From Gekko japonicus (lineage: Eukaryota): 64,000 bases of DNA. The stretch lies in assembly GCF_001447785.1 (NCBI RefSeq), contig NW_015177041.1, positions 289,426 through 353,425 on the forward strand. Direction: 5' to 3'. A program made the translations under genes and the position numbers. This document shows positions 1 through 12,000 of this stretch, in pieces. Below the pieces are notes generated by a model that saw nothing but the letters and a program-made list of their open reading frames with translations, did not search any database and was not told the DNA's origin. The stretch's first letter is position 1, and each line of letters starts with the position of its first letter.

Positions 1-3000
1 CGCTGGACAGGCAGGCGGAGGCGCTGGCCCGGGCGGCCGGCCTGGTGAACGCGGGCCGCGTCGGGGAGCTGCGGGGCCACTACCTCCTCGCCTACCGGCC
101 CTCGGGAGGCCCCGGCGAGGCGGGCCCGGAGGAGGCCCAGCGGCGGGCGGAAGCCGCCTTCGCCCGGCACGACGGCCTCCGGTGGCACGCCCGGCAGCGG
201 CTCCTCAAGCGCTCCAAGCGCAGCCTCCACTTCAACGACCCCAAGTTCCCCCAGCAGTGGCACCTGGTGAGTGGGGCATGGCTCGTGGGGCGGGGAGAGG
301 CCGGAGCAGGAGCAGGAGGGGCCCTTGCTGGCCGCCCCCCCCCGCAGGGGAGAGAGAGGGCCCGGCGCCAGCAAGAGCAAAGCCTCTGTGCCCAGTCCCC
401 GGGCAGGCAGGCAGGCTGGCAGGCTCTCCCTGTGCCACCCCAACTGCGCCCTCCGCCCACCTTGTCTTTAGAGCAACCGCAAGAGTCCGGGGATGGACAT
501 CAACGTGACCGGCGTGTGGGAGAGAAACGTGACCGGCCAGGGGGTGACGGTGGTGGTGGTGGACGATGGCGTGGAGCACACGGTTAAGGACATCCAGCCC
601 AACTACGTGAGTAGCCCCTGGCAGCGCTCTTGCGGGGGCTGGAGGCGGAGGGGGCTCAGGCACCGGGAGAGGGTGGGCTGCACCCAGAATGCAAAGGGAG
701 CCCGGCTCGAGAGTGAGAAGCCCCCCCCCCCCAGGGTCCAGAACCCTGCTCTTCTGCAGAGTCCTTGCAGGTGGCCAACAGAAGCGGCCCGTCCAGCCCG
801 GTCTGCACAGTGGGGCTCATCAGGCCAAGCGGGGAGGGCGCTGAAGGCAGGGGCTTTGTTGGGTTCCATGCTGGGAAGCGCTTCCCTCATGCCCTCCCCA
901 CTTGCAGGGTGGTAGGCAAGATCAGCCCCCAAGCCCTGGAGCGGACGGAAGATGCCATCCCCCAAAGGACCATGGTTGGGTTGAAAGAGCCCAGGGATGT
1001 CCTCTGTCAGGCAGCAGGAGCTTCTCTAAAGGCCGTGGCGGGCAGGGTGATGATCCCGCTCCCCCGGCAACGACAAGGAAGTCCTGCTGCTGCTCCTGCT
1101 CCGAAGGCAGGGGCTTTGTTGGGTTCCATGCCGGGAAGCGCTTCCCTCGTGCCCTCCCCACTCCCGGAAGGCTTTAGCGGAAGAAAACCCTCTTGCAGGG
1201 TGGTAGGCAAGACCAGCCCCCAAGCCCTGGAGCCGACGGAAGATGCCATCCCCCAAAGGGCCGTGTTTGGGTTGAAAGAGCCCCTCCCGGTGGCAGGACG
1301 TAGAGGCAAAGCCCAGGGACGTCCTCTGTTGGGCAGCAGGAGCGGCTCTAAAGGCTGTGGCAGGCAGGGTGATGATCCCACTCCCCGTAAACGGCAACGA
1401 CAAGGAAGTCCTCCTGCTGCTGCTGCTGCTGCTGCTTTGCAGGCTGCCCTGGGGCGGAAGGGCCCTGTTCTGGCCTTGATTCTGGTCTGTGGGCGCCCAA
1501 GCCCTGCAGCAGTGACTGACAAGCCCTGGCAACAAACAGTGCCCGCCCCGGACCTCTGGAGGCCTCTCTTGGCCTTGCAAGCTGCCGCTGGGAAACCGTC
1601 TACATGGGAAGAGGCGTACCAGGAAGCCGGGTTGTTTCCAGGCTGGGGGTGGAGCCCCGGCAGGCTCTGCTTGGCAGCTCTCACGGTCCTGCTGGAACTT
1701 GCTTGTTGCAGCAGCCCCAGGGGACTCCGAGAAGTTGCTTCTGCTGCTCACCCAGCCCCTCCCTGAGCCAAGAAGCCCGGCCAGCCGACTGGCCGGGGTT
1801 GGGGAGCTTCTTCCAGTTTGCCACTGGTCCTCTTGTGTTCCCAGGCTGCAGCAATTTCAAATGTTGCTTCTGCTGTCCTTGTGTGTTTGCTCCCTAATGT
1901 GTTTGAGCTTTTTTGGGGGGTGGGGGGTGGCGTCCCACTTTCCTCCAGAGTGTTCAGCTCTGGGCCTGGTCTTTTCCAGAGCCCCGAAGGCAGCTACGAC
2001 TTGAATTCCAATGACCCTGATCCCATGCCCCACCCCGATGAGGAGAACGGGAACCACCATGGGACCCGATGTGCCGGAGAAATCGCAGCCGTCTCCAACA
2101 ACAGCTTCTGTGCCGTGGGAGTTGCCTACGGGAGCCGGATTGCAGGTACCCCGGAGAGAACCCCCCCCCTCCCCCTTGGCTGCTTGCGAAGGGGCTCCCA
2201 GCGTGAACACTGTTGGATACGCACAGCTCAGCAGACTGTTGGATACGCAGCAGCTCAGTACATGACGTCAAGAGGGGAAAAGGGTAGCCGCTGGGTTCCA
2301 GAGGGAGAGCCGCTTCGGCCTGTTGCAGCAGAAGGGGAGAGGTGTCTTGCGGTGGCTTAAGGACTAACCTGCATAAACTTTCATGGCCCACTTCTTCTCA
2401 TGCAATTGTACCAAATTCAGGATCTGATGGAAAAGCATCAGCCCAAATAGCCCTGCTTAGCCCAGGCTTGCCAGGGCTGGGAAGCTAAGCAGAGTTGGCT
2501 CCGGTTGGTACTTGGATGGGAGGCCAGCGAGGAAGACACGGGTTGCTGTGCCGTGGAAGCCACCTCTGCCTGCCTCCTGCCCCGGTGGACGGGGTGGCCA
2601 CGAGTCACTTGCCACTGGATGGCACATTGTTCATTCATTACAGGGGAGCAGATGAGGGAGGAGAAAGGAGAATTGCGTGCTGCACGTGCAAGTTTTAAGT
2701 GGTTTTTGCAGATGTATTTATTTATTTATTCATTCGTATTTATACCCCGCCCTCCCTGCAAGCAGGCTCAGGGCAGCTTACATATCTATAAATGACCATT
2801 CAGTTCACATAAAATCAATTTTAAATTTCAAATACAGTAAAACCATAGACTCATAAGGTGCTAGTGCTGGTCCATTGGGCACATAAGATGGCATGCTGGA
2901 AATACCTTGCAGCCGAACAGTTTGCCACTCAGTGGTCTTCCTGAGCCCAGTGGTGGAGGCCAGATGTTAGAACTGCGGGCCGGCTCGTTGGTAACAGTGG

Positions 3001-6000
3001 GGGCGGCTCCTAGTTGAAAGCCTGGTGGAAGAGCTCCATTTTGCAGGCCCTGCGGAACTGCACAAGATCCCGCAGGGCCCTGATCTCCTCCGGGAGCTCA
3101 TTCCACCAGTACGGAGCCACCACTGAAAAAGCCCTGCCCTAGTGGTGGCGAGCCTGGCATCCTTGGGGCCTGGAATCCGGGTCAGTCGGTTCTGGGACCC
3201 CAACCTCAGTGCTCTCTGTGGAAAGGCGGTCCCTCCGGTATGTCGGACCCTGGCCATTTAGGGCTTTAAAGGTAATTCAGTATGCTATTGGCAGCCAGTG
3301 CAGCTTCTTCAGCACAGGCTGGATGTGCTCCCATTTGGGAAGACCCATCAAAAGCCTGGCCACGGCATTCTGCACTAGCTGCAGCCTCCGAATTTGCAAC
3401 AAGGGCAGCCCCATTTACGCTTGCCACGCTTTGCATTGCGTGATTGCCAAAACAAAAACATTCAGGACAGGAAAGTCTCTGGCATCCAGGGGACCTGAGG
3501 GGGTCGGGATGCAGTGGATGGACTCCGACCGGAGTTCTCTTCCCTGGAGCCTTAACACCGTTCTGCAGACTCTGTTTTCCCTTGGAACAGACACCCGACT
3601 CCTGTGCAGAGCGTCCCCTCACCTTTCAGTCCAAAACAGGCCTCGTTCTCTCCTGTCTTGCGTCCTTGCTTGGGGCTGCTCCGCCTTAGGGAGTCGCCTC
3701 CTGTCCTTATTTCTCCTTGACCCATGCCTGGTGAGCTTGTGTGCCCAGCCACTGGGCATTTTTATTATTCAGTGCATTTATAGCATCCTTACAGGGTCAG
3801 GCAGGGACTGGATTGGCTACCCATTACGTATGTCATGGCTGTGCTGTCATTTTAGGCAGGAGGGCAAAAAAGGGGGGCTCCAGGGGCCATAAGATGCAGA
3901 AAGTTCAGTGTGAAATGTAAAAGGGAAAATCTCATTAAAGATGGAAGGGACAATTTCTGGGGTAGACTGGAAGTTCAGATAATTACATTTCACACTGGAT
4001 GTATTGCATTTTACAGCTTCTGAACTCTGCTGTTTTCCTCCAAACTTTATCCATGAAAGCTCTACCTAGTCAGGAGCTGCTGCCTTGCCACTGGCCACAG
4101 AATAGTCTAGGCCAGGATGCTGCCCCTTTGCTCAGTGTTGGTTGGCGGGTTGTACCTGAGAACCACTGCCACGTTCTTGCCTGTGTGGTCCCCTGTGGAG
4201 TGTGGCGGAAGCAGCCATTGTGCCACGACCGTGAGGGTGCACGCAGGTTTCCTGTGGCCTTGCAGGACCTTGGCACGTGCTAGAAGCAGAGCGGGACCTT
4301 TTTTGACGGCGCATCGGGCATGCTGCCAAATGGTCATCTCCTTCCTTGACACAGGAGCCAGTTCGCCTTGCAGAGGTACAGCGCTTCTGGAATTCCCAGA
4401 GCAGCCGTCTGTCAGTGGGCTCCGTGCCTGCCACTGGCCACAGAATAGTCTAGGTCAGGAGTTTTGGGGTGTGTCCGCCCCGTCCCACTTCTTTGAGGCT
4501 GCTAGGCTGCAGTTGCCACTTTGCACAGCAGAGGGCGCCTTCTGCCCATAGGGAGCGGTGCGGCTTCGGTCCTTGGGGTGCCTTTTCAGCTCGGGAATAA
4601 TGCAAGGCGGTTCGCTGCGGGTAGCTCTGCTCCTGTGCTGTTGTGATACAGGTGAAGGAAGGATCCGTGCTTCATGGGAACAGTGTTCCCTCTAAGCTGA
4701 GTTAGTGTGAGCTAGCTCACAGCTTTCTAGCTTCTGGCTCACATATTTTTGCCTTAGCTCAGGAAGGAGGACTCCAGAGCAAACTAATTCACGCAGTAGC
4801 TCAATCGCTCGCTCACAACCTTAACCCCAGCAGTTCACAAAGTAGAATTTTTGCTCACAGGACTGCACAGCCTAGAGGGAGCACTGCTTGGGAGCTGCAC
4901 AAAGTGTTCACGACAGAGGCTGCCCCTCCTGCGCGTGAGAGAAGAGGCAGGCTGCCGGGATGGCCTGGGGGCCCTCCTGCCCCAGCTAAGGGGAGGCTTG
5001 GGGGGGGGATGCTGCTGCTGCTGCTACTCCTGCCAGGGACCGGCTGCCGGCGAGGGTCCCGTGCCTGCCGAAGCCCTTGCTGGCTCGCTGCCTGCCTCAG
5101 CCGCCCTGGCCAAGTGGCGGCTCCTTGAGTCATTGTCAGAAAGGGTGATTGCGGGTGGGGGGGGGGGCTCTGTCTGGCTAGTTTTGCTGCAGAAACTCTC
5201 CCAGAGGGGGGGAGGCCTGGAATTACAAAAAGAGCCAGCCACCCAATGGAAGAGAGTCAGTGTCTCCTGGCGATTATAGATTAATTTCTTGGAACATAAG
5301 AATTGTGCTGGATCGGACTCTCCTGCGCAGCATCCTGTTTTCCACGGAGGCTGCCCAAAGCCCCCCCCCCCCGGCCTGTTTTTCCCCACTCAGCAGAGCC
5401 GCTCATTGGCTAACAGGTCCTTGAGGCATCTTTGGGGGTCCTTCGGGCAGGAGTGTGGCGGAGGAGCAGCCTCCGGCCAGTGGGGGGGGAGGGGAGGCTC
5501 AGGCGGGGCCATTCCAGGCTGAGCCTCGCAGGAACACCTGCCCTGCATCTGTGTGGCTGAGGGCAGCCAGCCCCTCCCCTCCGCAAGATTTCATTTGTTT
5601 TATTTATTTGAACCATTTTCATGCTGCCTTTCCGCCCAGTCAGGGCCCCCCAGGGCAGCGAACATAAAAAAACAGACAGTTAAAAACAGCCTTTAACCAT
5701 TATAAAATAATGCAGGAGAAACGCATAAACAGACAATACCGGAACCAGGGAGGAGGACCACGAATGGCTCTGCCAGATGTCATGGGCCAAAGACACCAAT
5801 AGAGGGAGACAGACAGACAGATCTCCCCGGGGGGGGGGATTCCGGGGTCTCGGTGCGCAGTGGAGAAGGCCCTTCCTGGGGTTCAAGCCTCAGCTGTCGG
5901 GGGAGGGGGCTGAGTGAAGCGGGGCCTCCGAGGATGACCGGAGTGAGCCGGTGGGTCCCGGGGGGAGAAGGCAGTCCTTAAGGGACCTGGGTCCCAGGCC

Positions 6001-9000
6001 GAGACCGTGGAGTCTGGGAAGCCCCTGCCAGCCCCACTTTCCCTCTGACCCCCCGCAGTGCTTCGCATGTACTGAGAGCTCTCCGGCCCCTGTGGGTTTG
6101 GGTCTCACAAGCCAGCGAGGCAGGCCGCTCCCCTCCCCTCCGCGGAGCAGGCAGAGAGGAGGGAAGAGCGCTTGCCGAAAGCAGCTCCTTTTGCGTCGGG
6201 CTGCCTCGGGACACGCCCAGCTGGGTGAGGGGGGGGGGCCTTGGCTTGTGTGTGTGCCCGGCTTTGGGGGGCCCTCCAAACCCCTCCGTGTCATTGGCCG
6301 TGCAGGGATCCGGGTTCTGGATGGGCCACTGACGGACAGCATGGAGGCGATCGCTTTCAACAAGCACTATCAGATCAACGACATCTACAGCTGCAGGTCA
6401 GTGCCTGGGCGCTGCGGGGGGGACAAGCCCTGGCCCAGAAGTCAGCGTGGCAGGGTGACTTCCTGACCGCCTGTCAGTCTCGCTGGGCTTGGGGTCACCA
6501 CAGCACAGGCACCGAGCTTGTCATCCTTACATGGCCATAAGTCCCCAGGGGCTGGTGTGTCCGGACCCTCCCTCTCAGCCCCTCGGAGCTCTGGAACACA
6601 TTTGCCCACGTGTGCTCCTAAGCACTGCTTTGGGGTGTCTCCCTGCACAGCTGGGGTCCAGATGACGATGGCAAAACCGTGGATGGGCCTCACCAGCTGG
6701 GAAAGGTAGGGAGGAGTCCGGTTGTTTTGCTGTGGCTTCACGTCCTTCTGGGAGGGCAGAATGGCAGCGGTGCAGCTTGGACGTGTGGCCTCCTGGGGCA
6801 GGGTTGCTGCCATTCCTGAGGTTGCCCGTGCGAATGTTCCAAACCCACCCAGCTGGTCCGGTGCAAGGCGAGGGGAGAGCGGCTTTGAGCCCCAGCGCCC
6901 CTCAGCAGCAGGGTGCCCTGGCTGCTCTGTGTGTGCATCTGTGGTGGGGAGCGCCTGTCCCATTCCCCGGCACGAGGAAGCCCTCCTCCTCCTCCTCAGG
7001 AAGCCGCTTGTCTGTCCTCTGCTGCAGGCTGCCTTGCAGCATGGCGTGATTGCTGGCCGGCGGGGGTTTGGCAGCATTTTTGTGGTGGCCAGTGGCAATG
7101 GAGGGCAGCACAACGACAACTGCAACTACGACGGCTACGCCAACTCCATCTACACCGTCACCATTGGTAAGCCCGTAGGGGCACCTGGGGGCACCCCGTG
7201 TATTTGCTGAGGTGGAAGGTTTCTGCATGTGTGTGTATGAGAGAGCGGAAATTGTGCTCCTAGACGGGATCCAGAAGCCCTCCTGCAGGGCAGGCCTCAG
7301 CGGTGCAGCTTTCCAGCTCTTCAGTTTGACTCTCCTGCCGTCACCCTGTGGCACTGAGACCGCTTGAGAGCGGGCAGGCGGGGCTTCTCTGCCCAGTAGC
7401 CAGCCACCCATGCCAGGCCAGCCTGCTTCCATCTCTCCAGGGCTCCTTGCCTCAGTCTGCAGTGACTGAGTCTGTGGCCCAAAGTGCAGTTTTGAGAGGC
7501 AGTGTTGTGTGACACAGAGTGTTGAGCTGGGTGGGCCACTGGTCTGGTCCAACACGGCGTCTCTCATGTTCTGACACGCTTAAACAAGGCCTTGCCTGTG
7601 GCTTTCCCTGTGAGATTTGACTTGCTGCTGTTGGAAGCAGGATGTGGGTCGGATCCCACTGCACGGCTCTTACAACCGATGAGTCCACGGGGAGGAGGGA
7701 GAGGTCTATCAGTGGCTACCGGCCACGACTAAAGCAGAATTTCCATGTTCAGAGGTGGTCAGCCCCTGAATCCCAGAGCCAGGAGGCAACATCGGGGGAA
7801 GGCCTCGGCCTCTATGCCCTGTTGTTGGCCCTCCAGAGGAACCGGTTGGCCGCTATTTGAGACAGGAGGCTGGACTAGAGGGACCCTCCCTGGTCTGGCC
7901 CAGCAGGGCTCTTCTTACAAATTCTTAACATTAGAGGAAGGCCTTGGCTTCTAGCCCTGCTGCTGGTAGGCCACTGCTCTGATCCAGCAGGGTTCTTAGA
8001 TGGTCTTATATAGACCGTGAACATGGCAGGTCTTAGACAGATTGTTCTTGCTGCAAGTATTGGTACTCATTTGTTTTTGCCTTGACTGAAACATGCTTCT
8101 GTTTCAACAATGCGCTTGGGCTTATTCAAGTGGTCCAAATTCTGGCCGCCCAGAAGAGCGGAAGCTGATGTGCCAGAGCCTCCTGGGGCCACGGCTCCCA
8201 CTGTCTCAGTGCAGGATACAAAGGCCAGGCAGGAGACAGTGGGACAGATCCCCCAAGATGCCACGTGCTGATCACATCCCGTGGACTCTCCCCAAAATAA
8301 GCAACTCCACTTTACTAGCGGCACTTCTGAAAGGTGGAGTTGACGTTCTGTTGGAAAGGGGGCTTGCCACCTAACCTGGGCCACAAAAAACGGGGAGGGG
8401 GGAGCCCCCTCCCTAGGACTGGACTCATGGGCTGGGGTTTGTGTGCCTGTTCTCCGTGCTGCCAAGCCCCCCCCCCTCTCTCTCCTCCCCAGGCGCAGTG
8501 GACGAGATGGGGTACATGCCCTTCTACGCGGAGGAGTGCGCCTCAATGCTGGCCGTGACCTTCAGCGGGGGGGACAAGCTGATGAGGAGCATCGTGAGTT
8601 GGGCCTCCCTCGGAAGTGGGGAGGGGCAGTCGGGGGGCACTCACGTGCCGTTCCAGACCCCTGGCTTCCCTAGCCTTCCGGTGGGGTTTCTGCTCATCCA
8701 GCAGGCTGTGGTGATGCTTTGGCTGCATCACAACCCTCCCTGCTTACATTCTGACTTGGCCTTTGATCTTGTTGGAAGAGCGTCAGGAGAGCCCTGTGGG
8801 ATCAGACCAGGGAGGGTCCATCCAGTCCAGCCTCCCTTCTCATGCAGTGGCCAACCAGTTCCTCTGGAGGGCCAACAACAGAGGCCTTCCTCTGATGTTG
8901 CCTCCCGGAAGTTTGGTGCCTCCGAATGTGGAGGTTCCCCTCAGCCACCATGGCTAGTAGCCACTGATGGACTTATTCTCCATGAATCTATCTCATTCCC

Positions 9001-12000
9001 CTTTAATGCTGTTTATTCCTGTGGCCATCACTACATCCTCTGGTAGCGAATTCCGGTGAAGTCTCGGTTGGGGAGGAAGGGCTTGGCAGTCCACAGAAGC
9101 CTGCACACGAGTTTCCTCTCCCTGCCCCTGTGACTCCCCCCCCCCGCGTGAGGAGACCCCGGCAGATCCCCTTCTGAAGGACTGGTTCCCCCCAACCTGA
9201 AACGGCCTCCTGACATTTCTGTTTACTTCCCCCCTCCGTCTCCATGTGCTTCCAAGGCTGTCCTGGGGGGGGGGGGGGGGCTGCCTGGTGGAAGGGGCGT
9301 TGCCCTTTTTTACAAGCCAGGCAACATGAGCGCAGGGTCCAAAGTCCACCCAGTCCAGGGGCCACGAGGAAAGTGCCAGCAGGGCCAGACTTTGATCGGG
9401 ATTCCAGAGGGCAGCCGTGCTGGAGGGCGGGGTGTGTGTGTGCTCGCCTCGCCTCCAGGAGCGCCGTCGTATCTGACCAAGGGAGCTGGGGCTCTCAAAA
9501 GCTCAGCGCCCCCCCCCCGAAAAAACCCTGGCTCTCTTCAGTGGCAAGGGGGGTCCTTTGGGCCCCCCCTCTTGAGGCCATGAACACCCACGGCCTCCGC
9601 TTCTCTACCCTGGAGGAGGAGGAGCAGCCCCCCCAGTGTGTCTTCTTTTTTCTTTCTTTTTTGCCCAGTCCCACCGATGGCCAGAGAATCCCTTCCTCCC
9701 CAGAGCAGGAAATACCCCAACGCAAGAGATGTGTCTTCCAGGCAGACACGGCTGCAGAGTTTTTATCAGACACTTAAAAGTGAAAGGGGGGATCAGGGTC
9801 CAGGGTCTCTTCATCGCCTGGCTCAGCAGGCGGGTGGCATATTTCAAAGAGGGAGGGAGGGGGCGTGGGGGGTCTGGGAGTCCCGGCCCTCTATCCCACG
9901 TGGCCCAGCCCTGCCTCAGAGAGGAGGGGGGTGCCCCATGGCCCTGGAGGAGGCAAAGAAGTCCCATTTCCCAGACTGTTCAGAACCACAGGTTCTGTGG
10001 TCCTGGTAGCAGCAGCAGGAGGTCCTTGGGGGGGGTCTCCCCCCTCAACGAACAGGGCGCCAGAGGCTGGCAGACTCCTGCTCCCGGGTTGTGCTCCAGG
10101 CAGTCCGGCCCGCCTCGTTCCTGCACCTGCGCAGGAGAGGAATGGAGCAGGCAGGGCCCGGAGCGCAAGGGGGAGTCCAGGCGGCTTGTTCTTGTCCTCA
10201 AGGGAGAGGGGCCTGCTGCTTTCCCGGCCCCATTCCCCAAAGCAGAGTTCACCGCCACCGCCCCCCCCCCCAAGGCTTGCCTCTGAGTGCAGCAGCAGCT
10301 GTCCCAGTTCTGCCCGAGGAGAGGGCAGGGAGGGCAGAGTGGCTCAGCCGCTGGGCCGTGGGCTGTGAGAAGGAAGCGGCCCTGCGCAGCCCACCCGCCT
10401 CGAGGGCCTGCCGTGTGTGACGCAGGGGGTGGGGCGCTACAGCCATCTCTTTGCCGCCCAGGCAGGTGCCCGCGGGTCCTCCAGCCCCCCGGCTCCCCTG
10501 AACTAGTAGCCCTGCTTGTGCCTGACTTCGTGTGAAGCTCCTGTCCCTCAGGGGCCGCCCCGCTCGCCAATCTCTCCTGCTCCGGGTCGTCTTAGGTGGG
10601 GTGGGGTGGGGAAGAGGCTCTGTGGGATCTGGCCTTCCTTGGCAGGTCCGCCCCCGGCTCCAAGAAGGGGGGCTGTGTGGCTTCAGCATGCCCAGAGAGT
10701 TGGGATGAGTTCTGGCCCGGGGGGGGGAGGCTGGAGCCGAGGCCTTGTTGCCCCCGCGTTGAGTCCGCGTTGCCCCGGCTGACCAGGGCTTCTCCCCTTT
10801 GCAGGCAACGACCGACTGGGACTTGCAGCGGGGCACGACGGGGTGCACCGAGGGCCACACGGGCACCTCCGCCGCAGCCCCTCTGGCGGCTGGCATGATC
10901 GCCCTCATGCTGCAGGTGCGCCCCTGCCTCACCTGGCGGGACGTCCAGCACATCATCGTCTTCACGGCCACCAAGGTGAGCCCCGCAGCCCCCCTCTTCC
11001 TCCACCACTCCGACTTAGGGGAACCCGGGCCTGAGCGGGGGCTGCGGACTGACGGTTCTCTCTGCCGGCCTGCAGCAGTGATGCCCCCTCCCCCCCCTCC
11101 CTCCCTCCTTTGCAGTACGAGGACCATCGTGCCCAGTGGGACACCAACCAGGCCGGCCTGAGCCACAGCCACCAGCACGGCTTTGGCCTGCTCAACGCTT
11201 GGAGGCTGGTGAATGCTGCCAAGGTAGGGCTCAGCCCCCCCCCCCTCGGGCTTATCCAGGCCAGCCAGAGCCCCCCCCTCCCCCGGGGTGGGGTCCCCTG
11301 GGGGTGCCAGAGGAGAGCATGGCAGCCTCCTCTCTGAGGGGAAGGGAAGGTCTCCGGGGGGGGGGGGACTCGGGATCTTGCCCCCCCCCCTTCAGCCTTT
11401 CTGACCTTGGGAAGGAGCAGCAGTTAGCTGGCTCCAAATAATTCAAGGGGACAGATCCACACACAGAGAGTTTTCCTTGTCTGAGGTTTCTCTCCCACCC
11501 CCTAGCCCCGCTCCCCAGCGGCTGCTGTTGAGGGACGTATTTGGGTGCCCCTCACCCCGAGGCGGGATTGGGACCAGGCCTGTGGTCTGGAGGGCCGCCA
11601 CCGCCCTTGCCCAGCTGCTTCTCGGGGGCCCGGCTGGCGTCAGAGTCCAGGAGGAAGGCCGGAGGGTGCTGGGTGTGGCCAGGAGTTCAGGGCTGAGTGC
11701 TTGGGGGGGGAGGCTTAAAATGGGGAGGCTGCCGGCAGTGTGACCTCTTCTTCCTCCCCGGCAGATCTGGGACTCCGTCCCCTACTTGGCCTCCTACGTC
11801 AGCCCCCTCTTGAAGGAGAGCAAGGCCATCCCCTTGGAGCCCCAGCGGCTGGGAGTCACCTGGAACGGTAGGGGCAGCTTCCGGGGGCGGGGGGGGCTGT
11901 TCCTCACAGTGGGCCTCGGTTCGAAAGCTAAATAGGCTGAGCTGTCGTGAGCTCCTGTGGGGACCCCTGGAGTTCACCTAGGCCGGGTTCCATCCTGTGG

